Below, piece by piece: positions 1 to 12,256 of a stretch of 64,000 bases of DNA; the stretch's first letter is position 1, and each line of letters starts with the position of its first letter. Made by a program: the position numbers and the translations under genes. The notes beneath the pieces were generated by a model that saw nothing but the letters and a program-made list of their open reading frames with translations, made no database searches and had not been told where the DNA came from. Location of the stretch: contig CDPCPM010000017.1 of NCBI GenBank assembly GCA_976551045.1, positions 4,154,001-4,218,000 of the forward strand, in the 5' to 3' direction. Source of the DNA: Glaucostegus cemiculus. Lineage: Eukaryota.

Positions 1-1179
1 TTGGCAGGTATCTTTCTGCAATGGGTGAGATACAATTCTGTTGTATCTTGTAATTTTGTCAAGGTGCTCAAAGCAGAGATTGGGGGAGTTGTGTCTGCAT
101 TTAAGCATTTGCAATGTGGGAGTGAAACTGCATAAATGTTGTCTGACAATCCATTCAGGATAGAAGTCCTCATTCCCATGAAGTTCTGAAAAGATTTATG
201 CATATTAAACGTACAAAGAGAAAGATTAAGCAGCTATATGAGATACACTGTGCATTCTCTAATGAGCAGTGGACATGCAACATAAAACTGTTTCTTCCTG
301 GTCTATCAATCCATGCTTATAACTCAACTTTAAGGATGACTGATGTGGTATATAGGGTAAAATTATGGCACATTATGTAAAACTGTGCTCCTGAGACTGG
401 GACTGAGAAATCTGCTTGGATAAGGTGCAGAGTACTTTGTTCTGCACCTCACTGTCATTAAAGTTGGCAATGGTTCCAATCCTCACAGCACCATGAAGAA
501 CAGAAAAAAGAAATTTGCCCATGGTGATAGCACTAAATGACCACTATTGCAGCAATTACCTGTTAAATATCAATACTATAATAATAATAATTTATATACT
601 ACAATAATATAATAATTACTATTGTGGATAAGTTAAGAGCTAGATTATATATTCCCTTTTGGTTTATCTCAAAGAATCCTAGGTTTAAATTGTTTTACTA
701 ACAGTGCCTTCTTAAAAAGGGGCACTTATACTGCCATGTATTTGATAATTTAAGCAGGGCAACACCTAGGTAGCTTTCATTTATGTAAAATAGGCAGCTG
801 AGATTGTCCTTCAGTGTGGGGTCCACATTTAAAGGTCAAGGCTGAGCAGACAGAGCTGGCAGATTCTGCTAAGCACAGTGGTGACTGGAATTCATGACAG
901 TGGGAATTTAACATTGATAAGAGGAACATATTAAAGTATTACATATATAAATAATCAAGCAACAGATTAAAGGCCATATTAAAACATGTATAACATAAGT
1001 ATAATAATGGGACAACTGAGACCCATTACCCATGTGGTGCAACAGCTCCAAGAACCTTCATTCATCTGAATATTCAAACATGCAGGGAGTAGCTCTCATT
1101 GTTCATGGTCAAGCTCAAGGTTTCCGGAAGATTGAATAGGCATATTGTATGCTGTAATGTTATATGATTCATATATACT

Positions 1180-1560
1180 AAAATAGTACTATGAATGAGA
1201 GACTTTGGTTATGTAGGAAGACTAGGAAAACTTGTATTGTTCTACTTAGAGCAGAGACAGCATGAACAATCTGATAAAAAAGTGTTCAAAACCATCAATC
1301 ATAAGTATGTGAAGCAAAACTTTTTACAAGGTCAGATGGGTTATACCCTGAAGGATTAGATTTAAGGTAAACAACAAAAACAAAGACAAATGAGGAAGCT
1401 TTTTTCCTATTTTGTGTGTTCTCTAATTCACTCCCTTAATGGGATGGGGGAGCACAAGTAATCATAATTTTCAAAAGAAAACCGGTTAAGTATTTGATGG
1501 AAAAACAATGCAAGGCTTTGGAGAAAGTGCAGGAGGATGCAACTGGTTGGATCATTCTAC
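1180..1560 (+). mobile_element. Decayed CR1 LINE 3' fragment
   Basis: Resembles the CR1 ORF2 C-terminus and 3' end: tatgtaggaagactaggaaaacttgtattgttctacttagagcagaga...agatttaaggt...ttaagtatttg. Confidence 0.6.
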
Positions 1561-2049
1561 CAAGAGCAGAACAGCTGTGTAATTCTACAATTCTAAGTTA
1601 AACTGCATCACTAAACAAGAACTCCAAAGGATTTCAACAGCCTTTGAAAAGCACAAAATATATATTAAAACATAAGAACAGAATATTTGATTTCAGAAGT
1701 ATCTAACTTTTAGGATTTTCAAACTAATAACTTAAATTCCCAACACTTGCTTATACTAGAGCAACACTCAGAAGCTACAGGTCATGAGGTTTGTGTGCTG
1801 CAACATTCTGCACTCAACTAACCTTCTCAGCTTACTTCCAAGTGTGCAGCACTGCAACAAATCCATGAGTTAGCACAGAACAAAAGCAAAGTACCGAGGA
1901 GTGTACATGAAATTGATAATTTGACATTTCTTGTAAAATGAGCATCTCATTATAAATGCCCCAATTAAAATATTTGGATATTCTTATCAATAATTTATAA
2001 TATCCTCACTAACCAAAATCTACATCCTTTTATTTGTTGGACTGCCGTT

Positions 2050-3140
2050 TAAAATCAAATTGGGCAGAAAATAGAAACAGCAAAGATAACTAAAGGATTA
2101 ATATGGATGAAAAAATTAGAGTATAAGATAAAACCAGCTGGGAATGTTAAACAAATTGTAAGAGTTTCCACAGATTATTAAAAAAAAGAGTTAACAAAGT
2201 GAACATGGGTAGAAAGTGAGTTCTGGGGAATTAATAATTGAAAATAAGGAGATGGCAGATAAACAGGTATTTTGCTCTGGACTTCACCAAAGAAAAAATA
2301 TGTAGCATCCAGAAGCAATTGCAAATCGAAAATGAGAAGGGAGGGAGGAACTCAAGGAAAGTGGTACTGAGCAAATTGTTGGAGCTGCTGAGTTACAAGT
2401 CCCCATGTCCTGATGACTCGATTCCAAGCTAGTGAGATAGTTGACATTTTCCTAATTTTCCAAATTTTCCTAAGTTCATGAAAGGTTCCATTAGATTGGA
2501 AAACAGTTACTGCTTTTGTGCCTCCTGCCCAATAGTAGCTCCAAGAAGATTGCACGGCCCAGATGGTGGGCATCTTTGATGATAGATGTTGCCTTTTTGA
2601 GGCAGCACCTCAAGTAGATACAATCAATGGTAGAAGGCATGTGCCTGTGATGTATTGGGCCGAGTCCACTACTCTCTACAGCTTCCTATGTTCCTGCGCA
2701 TTCGAATTGCCAGACCAGACCATGATACAACCAGTCAGGATACTTTGAACAGTTCATCTGTGGAAGTTTCTCAGAGCATTCGGTGACATGCAGAACCTCT
2801 TTAACATCCTAAGAAAGTAGAGGCTGGTGAATGTGCAGATGATTTTTCCTCCAGTGAGAGAATCCAGATATAGGGGGTCACGATTTAAAATTAAAAGATT
2901 ATCCATTTAGGGCAGAGATATCATGATATTTTTTTTCCCCCGAGGATCTCTTCCTCATTGAGCTGTGACAGCAGTCCCTTTAATTTTTTTTTAAAGCAGA
3001 GGTGGATAGATTCTTGAAAAGCAAAGGGATGTAAGTTACTGACAGTAAGTGGGAATATGGAGTTGAGCTAACAAACAAGCTGTGCACCTACTGATGAGCA
3101 GAGGCATCTTGAGGGGCCAGATGGCCCACTCCTGCTAATT
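2050..3140 (+). mobile_element. Decayed CR1 LINE with internal deletion, interrupted by a Rex1-type fragment
   Basis: ORF2 remnant (KVVLSKLLELLSYKSPCPD; gttccattagattggaaaacag, DWK-A-V motif) before 2520. CR1 3' end after 2830 (gaggtggatagattcttg...gaggggccagatggcccactcctgct). Confidence 0.75.
2520..2830 (-). mobile_element. Rex1/Babar-type LINE fragment nested in CR1
   Basis: Reverse-complement homolog of about 6940-7170; the ORF-track peptides share VMYWAESTTLxSFLxSCxFxLxxQTMxQPVRIL. Confidence 0.75.
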
Positions 3141-3319
3141 CATATACTGATATTCAAACACCTGCATGGTATTCTAACCGGGAATATTTACTGAGATCAA
3201 CGGTGTCAAGAAATCAGTTAATACAGATGTTCAAAGGATTTGCTCTGGATACTTTACTGAATATGATACCTCTGTTGGCACACCCATTAAAGCCCACTCA
3301 GCCAAGGGTTTTAATGATT

Positions 3320-4069
3320 ACTGACCTTGAAGATAGCTGCCCATGATCTCTGTAGCATGGACTTCAGTATTACTGTTGTTGGTAGTTTTCATGTTGGTAG
3401 ACATCCATGCTACAATATGTGGTTGTAGTGACCTTGCAATGCCGGTCTTCGTCATTGTTACATCAAGATATGGTAATGACTTTGGATTTTCTACACAAGT
3501 TAACAGGAAATTCCCAAAGATTCAGGAGCCAACATCCTTCCCAGAGTAATCAAAAGAAATCAGTGATCTAACAAGAATCTCAGGGATTTACTCTCACTGC
3601 AAGGTAGGCTGAAAATGTTACACTTTGTTGCGTGAGGTGCAAGCTAGTTTATAATGGAATACTAAGTCATGATTACTGCTTAACTTTTGCTCAAGCCTCA
3701 TAATATTAACCTTAAATATATTTAGATTGTCAACACCTGAGAAATATTTCAAAATATTGAAATATTTTAAAATTTATAATGACTTACTTTATGCCTTATA
3801 GGATTTAATTGTGATACTTCAAACTTAATTATTTGCATGTTTCAATCTATAGTCTTTATTTTGAAAGATTTTTAAAATAGCTAAAAAGTGTTCTTCTTCC
3901 TTCGTAGTTTTCTGTGAGAATTCTTCCATGTGATAGGTGTCCAGCAGCTTGATGACATCATGACCACAGTATGCAGGGATCCCTTTGAACAGATGGCTGA
4001 AAACTACCAACAACAGTAATACTGAAGTCCATGCTACAGAGATCATGGGCAGCTATCTTCCAGGTCAGT
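3320..4069. repeat. 72-bp inverted repeat pair (3320-3391 and 3998-4069) flanking a 606-bp spacer
   Basis: actgaccttgaagatagc...ggtagttttca is the reverse complement of tgaaaactacc...gctatcttccaggtcagt, with 1 mismatch. Confidence 0.95.
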
Positions 4070-6659
4070 GACAAGTGCATGACCATTTGCCATTGGCATT
4101 GACCACAAAATCCAAACCAATGTCGAATATTCAATTAAAAGTCAGTATAAATTATACATGGATATCAGATTTCTATTTTTCAATTTTTTATTTTAATGAT
4201 AATTAAGACTGGCTCAATGTTTACTGCGATCCTTTAGACTGCATATTATATTGATGTAAACATGAACAGGAAAACATTTCAGTTGGAATGATATTCCTCT
4301 ATTCACTATTTTAACACCTGGATAAAATAGTGTAGGAGCAGAAGGTTCATTTATTCTTTATATCTTTTTCAATAGATATTCTCCATATCTTTTTCAATTT
4401 TCTAAAAAGGCAATAAACCATTAACCCTTTCAAGGTCAGTTATCTTAAAAATATCAAAGGATGTTCTCCTGATCAAAGCTTTATTTTTCCCTCACATACC
4501 ACATTCAGCACCCAGAAGTTTCAACATCATGCACCTAATTCCCCAAGGGGAGCTCAGATGATGCCCGCCTGGGTCCATGCAAGAGAACAATCAGCTAGAG
4601 TTCCTGGCTATAGCTTTATGTTGGCAATGAAAGAAAAACCCAGTGTTGGAAACCTTAAATAAATAGAAAATGTCAGGAATGAAATGAGTTCTCATGCAGG
4701 GTCTGACCTGAAATACTGACCTATCATTCTCTTTCAGACACTTATCAATGGTAAATTTCCAGAGTATTCTGATTTTATTTTGTAAGCTCATGATTCTCTT
4801 CATATTCTGAACAGCTCACACATACATAAAGCCCTCATGCTACATTCCAACATATTTTTTGTGTATGGTGTCAGTGCTCAAAATTTTAATGTATTCACTT
4901 CATTTCATCCAACTTTTAAAAATGTTCATCAGTTCAAATTTGCTAATAAAGAACATAGTGTGATATAAAATTCACACAACTTGTGAACTCAACCGGGGAT
5001 AATACAAATATGACTTCATCCCTCAATATAATTAGACGCACTCACTGTATAAATATACAGCATCAGGACTCATGGGACATCTCCTTGTGATAGCAATGAC
5101 CAGATGTCAGGGACTGAGAAAGCAGAAAGGGAGAGGAATGGAGAGCGAGAGAAAATATAGGCAACAAACAGGCTAGAAAGTACAAAAGAACATTAAAAAT
5201 ACTTACGGAGAAAATGCAAGAATTTAATTGTCAAACGTAAGAAAAATTAGAAAGGAAGAAACAGCAGATAAAAAATGCAGAAGGGAAAAAAAGATGAAAA
5301 TTAGGAGATACTTGAAAACTTGCATAAGCATTCATGCTCAATATTTCTGTTTGTTCTAAATACTTACGTCCATATTTAAAATGGAAAAAACCTAGGTAAA
5401 GTTTTTACATGAAATTTTAACTCCCCGTTGAGGTGCCACAGTACTAATAATGGTGGAAGGATAAATTTCAGTGGTACAAGCAATTCCAAAGACAGAGGCA
5501 AGTAACAATCTCCCTTGCAAGGATGACCATCAGTCCTTTGAAACACCATCCCCATTTCACTTTCAAGACCATCTCTCACCTATTTTTGACCACTGCTTCT
5601 GCTTGCAAATCTTTGGCTTTGCTTTAACCTTCAGTTTAGGCACAGGAGCAACCTTCAGCTTGCTCCTTTTCTTATCAAGTTGATATAATCTTCAGATCAA
5701 CTTGCTAAAGCACCCAGACCAACCTGACTGAATGACAAGTTTACATTGGCAATTCCAATTAGAATGACAGATATATGACTTTAAACTAAGCGTATAAGAA
5801 TATAATGTTTGATATTAGAAAGGCACCTGAACTGCAGATCTGCCCCGATCAACAAATCCCTCCCCTGCAACTTCACTTTCAAAACTTTCATCCATTTGTA
5901 TACTACATAATTTACAAAGAAAATTAGCAAAACTATATACAAACTAAGGTCGGCAAACATTATCATGATGTATGGGTATAGATATTTCTTCTGTCTTGCA
6001 TGACTTAAGAAAAACTATTCCTCTTGTAAACTGGATTCCTAGATGCATTGCAATTAACAGAAATGAATTTCATGCATTCAAGTAGTATTCATGCAGCTAT
6101 ATCTTTATATTATAGGAAAAAAATAACTGAATAATTAATCATGTTCAGACTTATTTTTCATTGAAAAAGTAATAACTGCAAATTAATAAACCATTTTCAG
6201 GCAGTGAGAACAATAGCACATGGTATAAGCTCAGTCTGCACATTGGTGGAAGAGGATAAGAATCTGAAGTGGAAGTTCTGCTGAGCCTTTGTTCCACTTG
6301 ACAAGGCTGGCTAAAATTCCAGTGTGCAAGACAGGGAAGAAAATCACAAATCACCTATTACAGCCTCATGTAGCTGCATCAAAACTGTCATTAGGCATCA
6401 ACAAGAGGTATGAAGAAGCCTGCAGAGTGTAAAAGAAAAGTTCCAAAAGCCTCAGAGATTTGTTAGTGGGATTAGTTCCATCAAATTCCACCAGACTGGG
6501 CCTATGCTGTCTTGAGTATAGAATGAGGTTGCTTCTGTGCCTCGACTTTAGCTGCATGAGAAGCTAACATTTTGTTTGGTTTTTGCAGGCGTCATTTACA
6601 AATCAGAAAGGCATTTTGGTAGGTGCATCAGCAACAACAATTTTTCTTTATACAGCACG

Positions 6660-7485
6660 TCTTGGCCTCTGCACTTCCCTCTGCAACCGGATCCTTGACT
6701 TCCTCATCAGCAGATCTCAATCAGAGGATTGGTAATAACATCTCCTCGCTGACCATCAACACAGGTGCACCTCAAGGCAGAGTGCTTAGCCCCTGCTCTA
6801 TTACTTTTCACACATGACTGTGTGGCTAAGCACAGTTCCAATGCCATGTACAAATTCACCGATAATCCCACTATTGTTGGACAAATTACAGGTGGTGATG
6901 AGTTAGCATGAAGGGTAAGAAGGTTCAGCATGTCACTGAACACTCCAACAAACTTCTACAGATGTACCATTGATAATATCCTGACTGGTTGCATCATGGT
7001 CTGGTACAGCAATTTGAATGTGCAAGAATGCAAGAAGCTGCATAGAGTAGTGGACTCTGCCCAATACATCACAGCATATCCCTCCCCACCATCAAAATCA
7101 TCTACATGAGACATTGTCTCAAGAAGACAGTTATCATCAAAGACACCCACGTCTGAGCCATGCCATCTTCTTGCATTGGCCTGAAATCCCACACCACCAA
7201 GTTCAAGAACAGCTACATCCCTTCAACCATGCAGTTCTTGAACCAACCAGCACAAACCTAATCACAACCTCAGTATAGCAACACTTTGACCACTTTGCAT
7301 TACAATGAACTTTTTATTCTAATTGTGTTCTTTCTTGTAAAAATAGGGCATAATTTATGCTTAGTTTTTTTTCTGAATGTAGTGTATCTGATGCTATGTG
7401 CCTGTGATGCTGCTGTAAGTTTATCATTGCACCTGTGCATACATGAACTTGTGTATATGAAAATAAAGTCCACTTTTGACTTCAA
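6660..7485 (+). mobile_element. Rex1/Babar-type LINE, RT fragment plus 3' tail
   Basis: RT motifs LCNRILDFL, TINTGAPQGRVLSP and HDCVAKHSSNAMYKFTD (decayed FADD). Tail ends in aataaag...tttgactt. Confidence 0.8.
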
Positions 7486-7499
7486 TGTAGAAAATCATC

Positions 7500-8110
7500 T
7501 CAAGACACTTCAAAGAACTTCATCAAACAAAATTTGACAAGCCACACGGAAATGCATTAGAGCACTAACCAAAAGCTTGATTAAAGAGGTAGGCTTGAAG
7601 AATGAGAATCAGAGAAGTTTGGGGAGATAATTTCAGTGTTATTGGTTTCTGTTATTGGCTTTGGCAGTCAAAGGCATGACTGCCAATGGTGGAATGATTG
7701 AATTAAGCAAGAAATCTGAATTGGTGGACGTGGCTATCCAGGAAGGCTGTAGAATGTTAGGAATATGGAGGGGAGAGGTTACAATAGTTGAAAATAAGGA
7801 CGAAGATTCTTAAAACTGTAAGGTTTTCAATGACTTCAAGCTTATGCAATGTAGAGCAAGGGAGGGCAGCCAGGAATGCATGAGAATAATCAAGTCTGAA
7901 GTAACAGGACAAGGGTTTCACCAGCAGATGATCCAAGGCAAGTTGGAGTCTGGCACATATTGAAGGCAAAAACAGGCAGTCAGCTGTCAGTGCAAATATA
8001 TGGTTGGACGCTCACCACAAAATCAAATATGACACCAAGGTTGCAGACGGTCTGATTCAACAGATAACAGCAAGGGAGAGGCTTAAAATCATTGGCTAAA
8101 GAACAGTTAG
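7500..8110 (-). mobile_element. L2 LINE 3' fragment
   Basis: Minus-strand peptides TVCNLGVIFD and RLDYSHAFLAALPCSTLHKLEVIEN match the L2 ORF2 C-terminal motifs VRNLGVIFD and SRLDYxNALLAGLP. Confidence 0.8.
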
Positions 8111-11082
8111 TTGTAGCTAAACAACTACACTCCCAGAAACTGAGACGTAATTTGCAGCTTCTTTTCATAGGTATGCGGGGATTCTATTCTGCTATCCTTG
8201 CATCAGTAATGTACCTCTACATGCAAATTTTAACATGTGAAAGGTTTCCTTCAGCAATTACTTTCTGGTCACTCTGGGACCTTCTTAATTCAGTAATACG
8301 TTCTGCCATCTGAAACAGTGCTACAAACCTCCCCCACAGAATTTCTATCCCTTGTACATTGCCTTTTTATAGGCTTACAAAAGTAAGTCTCAATCTCTTG
8401 TAAAATGCAGAAAACATCATCCAAGAACAAAAAATACCTTAACCAACAAAGACGCTAGAATCTTAATAAACTCCCACTGGTTTTACCAAAGCACTTAACA
8501 AGAGTCAACGTTATGAAGACTGTGTATCCTCCGATCTTACCCAATGTTTACTTAACAGAACTTGTTGACCTTTAATACATTTTCACCTTTGCAGCAAAGT
8601 AGTACAACGTCAACTGCATTGTTGAATACTATAATCTTTATGACAAAGAGATTAGCAGAAGCCAAAAGCAAGCAAAAAGAGTGTTGTCCAATTTCCAATG
8701 AACAACACTACAAGATCACTACTGGTTAGTAATAAGGTAGGTTTACAAGTATAATTTTTTCCAATGGACCACCTGCTGTAGGATTATAGCATTCCCCTGT
8801 TAATCTGGTGAAAAGTAATGTTAAAGATGCCTTAACTATCAAAGCTTTCACCGCTGGAAAAACGAATACATTTAACAATTTAGGTATCCAAAAGCATTAT
8901 CGAGCATTCCCAGGGTTACCAAAATGATTCACTGGTACAAAGATTAGCTCCTTTTGCCTAATTCAAGAATCTGCCCCAAGACCGGTATGTTTATTAGGTA
9001 TTTTTCTCATATCGCACAAAATTTATCCCTACATTTACTAAGTTGGTATTCCCCCTGCAGTAGAAGAGGTAGACTGTTTTGTGCTGGAGACTTCCAACCT
9101 TCAGGGTGAATTGGGAGAAGGCAGCTTAAGGATAGGCTGCCTGTTACTGTTTCCATTCACGTTAATGATAACTGAGGGTTGAGGTGTGTGTTACTGATTG
9201 CCCATCCATAAACTCCTCATGATTAACTACAGTAAATCAGAAAATTCATCCATTAGCTGGTGCATTAACAAAGACCAAACTCATTATATTTCTGACCCTT
9301 GTGGCCAATCAACAAAGTGGTCTGAGCTGTATTTGAATCAAGTTATCACTTCAAAGAGAGTACATTAATCAAATGCCCCACAACAGACAGACTCTTGATC
9401 TATATGGTAACTCAGGATCTATGTTAACAAGTATTTTGAAGGTATGTGTTGCATTGATATGTAGCGTTCTATACATAATTTTGCTATAAATTAGGGGATA
9501 AAACACAATTGTTCACATAAATAAAATGTATTAATTAATATACTATCAACAACATTTTATCACAGATACTTACAAATAATGAAATACAGATGGATTCAGC
9601 AGATCATTAATGCAAAGTACAATTCTTAATTGTGCCTGGGCATAACAAATAAATACAAACTAACAACAATATGACAGTAGGGGTTTATCTTCCGAATCAT
9701 AATGCTTTTCAAAATTGTAATGCAGGCATGATATTTTTTCTGATTAATATTCCTAACAAATTGTAAGCACTATGTTTTCAGTGGTGATCAGAAGAACTCT
9801 TCCTGCTGTGATTATAACGTTACAATCACATCCAAATCAAAGAAACTTCACTCTGAAATGTTTAAACAATCTGAATTCATATGAAAATTGAAGCTGTTGA
9901 TATGTCCTTACTGTTGAATGGTAAAAAAATTATAAGACTTTTTTTTACTGCAAGCCAAATGGAATTGAAGGGCACAGAGGGAATAAAAGATGGTGAAATC
10001 TGGATAAGATTCATAAATTATAAACTAAGTATTTTATTCACATAATTAAAAGAAACTAAAGCACAGAGGTGTGTTGATGCTGTGTATCTTTCAATTCAGA
10101 CTGTCAATGTTCTAAAATTAGATTTCTTTAAAACTATTAAAGTTATTACTGGTAGTACATTCATCTATATGTGGAAGTTCCATCTGTATCACACATATGC
10201 ATTTGCAGATCATTTCCAGATATTGAAAAAAATTATAGACCAGATAACAATAATTAACAGCCCCATAATTTAGCAAAATTTCTGTTCATAAAGCTGCAGA
10301 AAATTTTAAATGCAAACATCAGACTCAAAGACATCATAAACTATTTACAAACTTGACATGAAAAACCATTAACACTGTGTAATCAAAATAGCAAAATAAC
10401 AAAGGTTTTCAGGCCCATGGTGATAACTGTTTGTCAACAGAGGGCAACCTGCCAATCAAAGGAATGTCATCCAGTAAAGCAACACCTTCTATATTGAGAT
10501 CACAGTGAAGACGGCATGATAGCTCTGTGTTGATTCTCACGATAAATCCAGTGATAATCTGCACATTAAATATCATGAAAACAACTGCATTAGAATGCAA
10601 GTTTCTGTATACATGTCATGGATGTAAATAGCATAAACTTTGAGAAATGTTTTAACTTTACAGTATACTATAGCTTAACAGGCCTATTCACTTTCTGTAA
10701 AATAGAATTTGTCATATTACTTTATCTACTTACATGCTTAAGGTAAGTTCTCTAAAAAAAAGAGAAAGACTAACCTTTGATCCTTTGTTTGTGACTGTGA
10801 ATCACTTGCACAAGTCTAGTTTTTTTGTCCATTTGAAGATACGGATGTTTGTGTCATCAATTCAGAATCTGATTATCAATCGTTCCCATCTCAGGACCCT
10901 TTTAATGGATATCGATTTGGGGAAGTCTGTAGTTGCTGTCTTACAACGTTGTCCAAAAGTTAACTTCCTCAATGCATTTTCAAAAGATAAATGAGGAGTC
11001 TTAGCAAATAACAATCCAAAATGTTTTGCTGTGATTATCTAAAAGGTGCTTCCTGCTCAAAGACGTAGTGGTGATGTTTTGT

Positions 11083-11095
11083 TTTATTATTTAAT
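11083..11095 (-). terminator. Candidate KCNA5 polyadenylation signals (AATAAA with adjacent ATTAAA)
   Basis: tttatt at 11083-11088 and tttaat at 11090-11095 on + read AATAAA and ATTAAA on -, about 1.2 kb past the stop. Alternative AATAAA hexamers at 10033-10038 and 8990-8995. Confidence 0.3.
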
Positions 11096-12256
11096 GCGTC
11101 TCTAGTGTCAACTGTTAGTATTTCACAGTTAGTGGTTCAAACTTCTGGAACTTAATCCCAATCTTCATGTGTTCTGACAAACCAGTTTTCAGATTTACTG
11201 TTCAGGATAACTATGCAGACTTAAAATCTGTATCTTGAGCGATAACGTAAAATAGTGCATTCATTTAGGTCTTTGTACAAATTTGTTCAAGGGACATCTT
11301 CAATTAAATTCATTGTGTGCAATATATTAAATGGGTTTACATTTCCACAAAATGTTTTCCCCAACCAGACCAGGAAAAAGACAGTATAATGTTTTGCCAA
11401 TTGTGTATATTCTGTACAAAAAACTAGAGATGTTGATCTCAGTCCCCAGTACTATGAAGAAAATACAAAAAGCTTCAATTATCTAAATATACTGTTCAGT
11501 AATTAATGCATAAACATTTATGCTTTGTTTCATAAAGGCAATGAAAAAATATATTGTGGATATGCCATTGCATTGTCCAAATCTGTACCACATTTTTGTC
11601 TTCATTACCAACAGATCCTTAAAATGAACACCTAGATTGTTTTCTCTGCTTAATTCTAGAACAGTTGCTAGAAAGTAAACAATATAAACACTATTCCAAA
11701 ACCTCTTTACTACATGTACCACCTCTGCACTTCATCATCTCTCAGCTCCCCCGCTCCCCACCCCCCCCCCCCGTTCAGCTGCTGCATTTTTTTTAATACT
11801 TTGGAGAAATAAAGCTGAAAACATAAATTCAAACAGCCCACAACCTTTTCTCTTCACGGCAAAATTAAACCGAACTACTTCAAACATCTCCGCAACCCCC
11901 CCCCCCAACCACCACCACCACCCCAATAACAAATCAAAGAATACTCTTGGAATTTGAAGACCACGTTTGCTTTCCATCACTTGAAGGCACAATAAATGCA
12001 ACACAGAACTGTTAAATAAACGCAAACATTGATGTGCTCCTGAAGAAAACGGATGGCCATTGACCTTTCCCCTTCAAGTTGCAGTGCCAGTGCAGACACC
12101 CTATCTTCTTGGTATTTACTTTTGTTGTATAAAATTAGTTTCTCTTCCCACCCGGCTAATCTAACCTCTGTAGTCTGTACAAATGTTGTCTTTACTTCAA
12201 AATAAGTCCTCCTATGGATAAATCTAATCAGTACAGTTCCACCCCCCTGCAGTTGA

